Below, piece after piece: positions 58,791-64,000 of a stretch of 64,000 bases of DNA. Numbering within the stretch: the first letter of the stretch is position 1; each line of letters opens with the position of its first letter. The notes beneath the pieces are model-generated. The model ran no database searches. It was not told the origin of the DNA and saw nothing but the letters and a program-made list of their open reading frames with translations. The stretch is from an uncultured Acidobacteriaceae bacterium (lineage in GTDB: Bacteria; Acidobacteriota; Terriglobia; Terriglobales; Acidobacteriaceae). The position numbers and the translations under genes are program-made. Where the stretch lies: NCBI GenBank assembly GCA_963761405.1, contig CAVXHH010000010.1, forward strand, positions 39,215 through 103,214, given 5' to 3'.

Positions 58791-60031
58791 GGGGCTACCC
58801 CTTTGAGAGCTGGGGCTGGCACGGGCGCGCTTGCGGGCCCTCCCAGGGCCAACTTTGGATCGGCGGTCAGGTCCAGGGGGGCCCATCCGCCTGCCAGCAG
58901 CTTCGGCCACGCGGCCGCCCCGATCATGGCCGCGTTATCGGTGGAGAGTGCAACCGAAGGAAAGGCAATCGGCAGGTTGCGTCTTTCCGCTTCGGCCGTG
59001 AAGCGTTCCCGCAGTTCGCGGTTCGCCGCGACTCCTCCTGAAACCAAAATAATTTCCGCACCCAGAACTTCGGCAGCCTGGAAGGTTTTTCGTTTCAGAT
59101 CGTCGACCACCGCGCGTTGAAAGGACGCAATGAGCCCCAACGTCTTGGCGTCGCATAAAGGGAGTGCGTCCGATGGGCCCGGCCTATCCAGCGCACTCAG
59201 CGCCTCTCGCCGCCGCTCGATCGAAGGGTAAAGGTCGTGGATCTGGACAAAACGCAAAACCGCCGTCTTCACTCCACTGAAGGAGAATGGGAATCTGTCT
59301 TCGCTCCCGGCCAAGCCGGGGCGATGAGCTTTCTTTTTGACCTGGGTGAGCGTAAAGGCGACCGATGAAGGATCCCCGTGGGGGGCCAAGGCGTCGATCC
59401 AGGGGCCACCCGGGTATCCCAATCCCAGCAACTTGGCGACCTTATCGAAAGCCTCGCCGGCCGCATCATCGAGCGTAGCGCCCACGTTGCGATAATCAAA
59501 GCCCCCATCTGGGTCCCGGGCCGTATCGCGCCGGACTAGATAAAGGTGGCTATGCCCGCCGGAGACAACCAGGGCCAGGGATCGGGCATAGGACTCGCTC
59601 AGCGTTTCGCCTTGCGCCAACAGAACCGCGTGGATATGACCCTCAAGGTGGTTGACGCCAATCAGCGGCTTGCCCACGGCAAAGGCCAGTGACTTGGCAT
59701 AGGCGACACCTACCAGCAACGCGCCCGCCAGGCCGGGGCCCTCGGTCACGGCGATGGCGTCGAGATCCGCCAGGCCGACGCCCGCTTTGTCGAGTGCGGC
59801 ACGGACCACGGGAACGATGTTGCGCAGGTGTTCTCGCGAAGCCAGTTCGGGTACCACCCCACCATACGGCGCATGGATGGCGATCTGCGAGGCCACAATG
59901 CTCGAGAGTACGCGGCGCCCGCGCTCCACGACTGCCGCTGCGGTCTCATCGCAAGAGCTCTCAATGGCCAGAACCAGGCCGCTGCCCGGGCTGCGGCTCT
60001 CCGCGGCTTTAGAAAGCGGGGATTGACTCAC
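58787..60031 (-). CDS. tsaD: tRNA N6-adenosine threonylcarbamoyltransferase TsaD
   Basis: LAIESSCDETAAAVV and GVNHLEGH motifs. GTG 60031 is the likely start; the longer ORF to 60073 would overlap cca. Confidence 0.9.
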   Translation of the reverse strand: MSQSPLSKAAESRSPGSGLVLAIESSCDETAAAVVERGRRVLSSIVASQIAIHAPYGGVVPELASREHLRNIVPVVRAALDKAGVGLADLDAIAVTEGPGLAGALLVGVAYAKSLAFAVGKPLIGVNHLEGHIHAVLLAQGETLSESYARSLALVVSGGHSHLYLVRRDTARDPDGGFDYRNVGATLDDAAGEAFDKVAKLLGLGYPGGPWIDALAPHGDPSSVAFTLTQVKKKAHRPGLAGSEDRFPFSFSGVKTAVLRFVQIHDLYPSIERRREALSALDRPGPSDALPLCDAKTLGLIASFQRAVVDDLKRKTFQAAEVLGAEIILVSGGVAANRELRERFTAEAERRNLPIAFPSVALSTDNAAMIGAAAWPKLLAGGWAPLDLTADPKLALGGPASAPVPAPALKGVAP

Positions 60032-60063
60032 CTTTCTATAGTAGTAGACACGGAGTAGTAGAC

Positions 60064-61485
60064 ATGGCCACACCCGCAGGCAACCAGGCAGAGGAAGCTG
60101 CCGCGCAGATCGTCGCCCGGCTGCGTGCCGCCGGCCACCAGGCCTGGTTCGTTGGCGGGTGCGTGCGCGACCTGCTGCTGGGCCGCGAGCCTAAGGACTT
60201 CGACGTGGCAACGAGTGCCCCGCCACAGCAGGTGCTCACCCTCTTTGAAAGGACCTTTTCGGTGGGTGCGCACTTCGGTGTCGTTCTGGTCTCGAGCGAA
60301 ACCTCAGACCATCCGGGTGAAGAAATTCTGACCGAGGTCGCGACCTTTCGCAGTGATGGCGCCTACTCCGACGGCAGGCGCCCGGATGCCGTGCGGTTCT
60401 CCACCAGCCCGCAAGAGGATGTGCGGCGCCGGGACTTTACCATCAACGGCTTGCTGCTGGATCCGGAGGCGCTCGCCGAAACCAGGATGACCGGCAAGAC
60501 CCACACGGCCGACAGTCTCAAAGACGCAGTCCTCGACTTTGTCGGGGGCGTCGAAGACCTGCATGCCGGTGTGATACGGGCCATCGGAGACCCGGCCGAG
60601 CGTTTTGCTGAAGACAAATTGCGCATGCTGCGGGCCGTGCGCTTCGCCGCGCGCCTGGCGTTCGAGCTTGAGCCTGCGACGGCGAGAGCGATCCGGCAAC
60701 TTGCGCCCGCCGTGAGCCAGGTAAGCCGCGAACGCGTTCGCGAAGAATTAACCCGCATGCTCACCGAGGGCCACGCAGGCCGTGCGTTCACCTTGCTGGA
60801 TCAGACTGGGTTGCTCTCCCAGGTGCTGCCTGAGGTGGCCCGCATGAAGGGAGTCGCCCAGCCCCCGCAATACCATCCGGAGGGGGACGTATGGGTCCAC
60901 ACGCTCTTATTGCTTGACCAGTTGCCGGCCGGGTGTCCGATGGCCCTGGCGTGGGGCGCCTTGCTGCATGACGTTGGTAAGCCCGCGACTTTTCGCGTGG
61001 CGCCCGACCGCATCCGTTTCGACGGGCACGCAGAGGTCGGGGTGGGTATTGCCGAAGAAATTTGCCGGCGTCTCCGGTTTCCCAACCACGAAACCGAGCA
61101 GATTCTTTCCCTCATCGCCAACCACATGCGTTTTGGGGACGTGCGCAAGATGAAGGAGTCCACTCTGAAGCGGTTCTTCCGCCTGCGAGACTTTGACCAG
61201 CATCTGGCCCTTCACCGTGTCGATTGCCTCGCCAGTCACGGATCTCTCGAGTTGTATGATTTTGCCCGGCAGCGCTTTGAGGCCCTGCCTCAGGAGCAGG
61301 TGCGGCCAACCCTGCTGGTGAATGGCAAGGATCTGATTGCAGCCGGATACCAACCCGGCCCGCAATTTTCTCAGATGCTCGCAGCGGCCGAAGATGCCCA
61401 ACTGGAAGGAGCGATTCACACCCGCGAACAGGCCCTCGCGGTTATTCAGGAACGTTGGCCCCGGCGCGGCTTTACCGTTTGCTGA
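60064..61485 (+). CDS. cca: CCA tRNA nucleotidyltransferase (PolyA_pol head plus HD domain)
   Basis: VGGCVRDLLLG...DFD nucleotidyltransferase motif and HD-domain LLHDVGK. 473 aa. Confidence 0.85.
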   Translation: MATPAGNQAEEAAAQIVARLRAAGHQAWFVGGCVRDLLLGREPKDFDVATSAPPQQVLTLFERTFSVGAHFGVVLVSSETSDHPGEEILTEVATFRSDGAYSDGRRPDAVRFSTSPQEDVRRRDFTINGLLLDPEALAETRMTGKTHTADSLKDAVLDFVGGVEDLHAGVIRAIGDPAERFAEDKLRMLRAVRFAARLAFELEPATARAIRQLAPAVSQVSRERVREELTRMLTEGHAGRAFTLLDQTGLLSQVLPEVARMKGVAQPPQYHPEGDVWVHTLLLLDQLPAGCPMALAWGALLHDVGKPATFRVAPDRIRFDGHAEVGVGIAEEICRRLRFPNHETEQILSLIANHMRFGDVRKMKESTLKRFFRLRDFDQHLALHRVDCLASHGSLELYDFARQRFEALPQEQVRPTLLVNGKDLIAAGYQPGPQFSQMLAAAEDAQLEGAIHTREQALAVIQERWPRRGFTVC

Positions 61486-61489
61486 AAAC

Positions 61490-62380
61490 GCGGTTTTTGT
61501 ATCAGGACACGACGGCCTCGCCGCCGCGAGCGTTTCCGGCCCTCGGATGCGGAAGCGCGGCGCTGCCCGGCTCTAAAGATGTTACTAAAGACACCTCTTG
61601 CACCCGCCCCAAATCCGTACTACCGTGAAATTAGGAAGTTGTACGTCAGCGCCGTCTCACCACGTCCCTGCTTGGCCTTGCACCGATCGCTCGCCCGTGC
61701 ATCCGCCCCCAGTCTCCGGGAACGCATCAGCCTCTGCAGGCAGGATGCCCCGGTGTTTCGCAAACAGTAGTGTGACCTTCGAAGTGACAGATACGTCTGT
61801 CCGCGGCATTCCGCGCCCGCCCCACGCCCCGAATGGGCGCCTGCGGAGAGCGGAAATCACCGTGCGAGCAGGGTACGCTCAGTGCGTCCTCTTGATGGAG
61901 CAGTTTTGACAACTTGGAACACTCTCACGCCGGCGCCGGTGTTCTCCCTGTCGTCGGCTGTCAGAAAAGTCGTTCGCGCCGGGCCGCCGAACGGCTCCGG
62001 CAAGCTCGACCGCGATCGGCTCCTTGCGCAAGCGATCGCGGCCCTGGGTGTTTTCATTTGCAAATCTTGAGCACCTTGCCCCATCCCACTTGAGCACCTT
62101 GCCCGCTTTTCGCTCTTTTGGGTTTTTTTCGATCCTCAGCGCATTTTGCTTTGTATCAGGGCACAACTTTACAAGCTGCGGAAAAGCCCGGTTGAGTCCC
62201 GGGAGGGGGGGCTTAGTGCGTTAGTGCGTACTTTTTAGCCATTTCCCGTCGGCAGAGCCAGACTGTTCCAGCCCACTCGTGGTGTCCGCCCCACAGCTCC
62301 AAGCTAATTTGGACAGCTCTGATTTTCAGCCGTCCCTTCGGGACTGGATTGGGGAACCGTACGCCTCGACTCCGAAAATG
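61490..62380. repeat. REP-like mosaic repeat cluster 4 (with unique spacers)
   Basis: TGTATCAGGACACG... (61498). Direct repeat CTTGAGCACCTTGCCC x2 (62066-62081, 62089-62104). TGTATCAGGGCAC plus CTTTACAAGCTGCGGAAAAG (about 62152-62190). TTAGTGCG x2. TTTTCAGCCGTCCCTTCGGGAC (62323-62344). Confidence 0.65.
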
Positions 62381-62385
62381 GTAGG

Positions 62386-62419
62386 GCCCCCCTCCCAGCG
62401 GAACCGCCGGGAGGGGGGC
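62386..62419 (-). terminator. terminator hairpin of the superoxide dismutase gene
   Basis: Perfect 11-bp stem GCCCCCCTCCC / GGGAGGGGGGC with a 12-nt loop, starting 10 nt after the stop. The minus strand continues ...CCAUUUUCGG. Confidence 0.55.
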
Positions 62420-62428
62420 TACGCACCT

Positions 62429-63040
<612 letters not shown>

Positions 63041-63357
63041 AATATCCTCCTGGATTGATCCCTCATCCACCAGGGATGAGTCTCGGAACAACTTGCCCGG
63101 ATCGGGGCATCATGGGGGTTAAAGAAACCGTTGGTGGACAAAATCACCAGGCGCAACAGCTGCGCCCGCTTTGCCCTCTCCAATACTGCGTCTCCATGCT
63201 ATCGGATGCAACCCAGCCGGGCTGGGTTCTCGAATCTGAGCTCACGGCCGCCATCGGTTTCATGGCAAGAAAGTACCAGTTACCAGCCAGCCCCCCAATG
63301 TCCTTTGCTGTGATCCTGGCGAAGCCCGGGTTTACACTCAGAACAGTTTTGCCCTGC

Positions 63358-63473
63358 TAAAGGATTTTCGCAATCACTGCGGTGTGGTAAGAGCAGCGAG
63401 GTGTGGTTTTCTGTGAGAGAAACCACGTAAAGGCCAGTCCTTACGGTCTGCACCAATTGCGAAAATGCCTTAA
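63358..63473. repeat. MITE-like element, short form (copy F, inverted relative to A and C)
   Basis: TAAAGGATTTTCGCAAT ... AATTGCGAAAATGCCTTAA, with the GTGGTTT.../...AAACCAC hairpin. Confidence 0.8.
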
Positions 63474-63524
63474 GCAGCGCGGGGTTTATCAGCTTTTTTG
63501 GCTTTTTTTGAGAACAGATCTGCT

Positions 63525-64000
63525 TTGACCCGGACACGAATAACCCGCAGGCAGCTTCTACGCCAGGCGGGCGCCACCGGAGCGCTCGCCTTTGGCGCGT
63601 CAGGTCTGGCCGCCGGCGAAGGACTTCAAGACCAGTCACCTCCCACTCCCAACACCGGAAACTCCCCTAAGACCGAGTCCCAGGCCGCCGAAAAGTACGC
63701 TCACCCGCCGGGCGTCTTTATCAACCGCCCGCTCACCCAGGTCTCGAGGATTGCCGAGGCCCTGCTCGACGATATGATGGGCCGCAATTGCGATTTTTTC
63801 TTCAACGAAGCCAGTCCGCGTAGCGGCCTCGTGCGCGACCGGGCCCCGGTAGAAGGACGATCTCTCAGCCGCGTCGCCAGCATTGCCGCTACCGGCTTTG
63901 GATTGAGTGCTTTATGCATTGCCGCCAAATATAACTATCTGCGCCCCCTGGATTGCGAGCAGCGGGTCGAGAAGACCCTCGCCTTTCTCCTGGAAGAATG
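63525..64000 (+). CDS. Tat-signal secreted protein, N-terminal part (possibly glucoamylase-like/DUF3131-type); continues beyond the window
   Basis: Frame open from 63474 to the window end, so it is absent from the closed-ORF track. Twin-arginine signal TRRQLLRQAGATGALAFG. ...FFFNEASPRSGLVRDRA...IAATGFGLSAL... The start (TTG 63525 or 63498) is uncertain. Confidence 0.55.
   Translation, partial: MTRTRITRRQLLRQAGATGALAFGASGLAAGEGLQDQSPPTPNTGNSPKTESQAAEKYAHPPGVFINRPLTQVSRIAEALLDDMMGRNCDFFFNEASPRSGLVRDRAPVEGRSLSRVASIAATGFGLSALCIAAKYNYLRPLDCEQRVEKTLAFLLEE

Overview
This is a 64-kb chromosomal window that looks like Acidobacteriota (Terriglobia-like). The inference rests on roughly 58-60% GC, two CarboxypepD_reg-type TonB-dependent receptors of more than 1000 aa, a GWxTD protein, quinoprotein and cytochrome c genes, and dense extragenic repeats.

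Gene content, left to right:
- An Hpt fragment, then an RND efflux operon (adaptor, pump, TolC).
- A convergent hrpB helicase.
- A sugar-acid style cluster: dienelactone hydrolase, enolase-superfamily enzyme, SDR, RraA-like protein, IlvD/Edd dehydratase.
- A Fic protein.
- A minus-strand cluster of periplasmic redox genes (cytochrome c, PQQ-type propeller dehydrogenase, PQQ sugar dehydrogenase-cytochrome c fusion) interleaved with a cytoplasmic-type enolase and an RraA-like protein.
- A VOC protein, a GWxTD protein plus TonB receptor, and a second TonB receptor.
- fucP with a FucU-like gene, a COG0523 GTPase, and a fatty-acid desaturase.
- A complete iscR-iscS-iscU-iscA-hscB-hscA-fdx-iscX operon, then yraN.
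- A deacetylase and a GT2 glycosyltransferase, then a DtxR/MntR regulator, an NhaP antiporter and a class-III aminotransferase.
- cysS, def-tsaD, cca, a superoxide dismutase, and a Tat-signal protein cut by the window end.

Most notable observations:
1. A structurally complete but ORF-less group II intron (47634-48400) sits in or at the edge of a genomic repeat. An uninterrupted paralog of its insertion site lies at about 62.3 kb.
2. A family of MITE-like elements has conserved termini (TAGAGCATTTTCGCAATT / AATTGCGAAAATGCTCTA). It occurs in short (about 115 bp) and long (about 228 bp) forms, plus minimal 22- and 28-bp terminal remnants.
3. The long form carries a nested 107-nt multi-hairpin module, which also occurs alone downstream of cysS.
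4. There are four clusters of mosaic REP-like hairpin repeats.
5. About 28 reading-frame breaks are concentrated in 2.2-15.6 kb, and none in the remaining 48 kb. This is either a local sequence-quality problem or very recent gene decay.

No rRNA, tRNA or CRISPR array was seen. All family calls are from motif recognition by eye; no database search was run.
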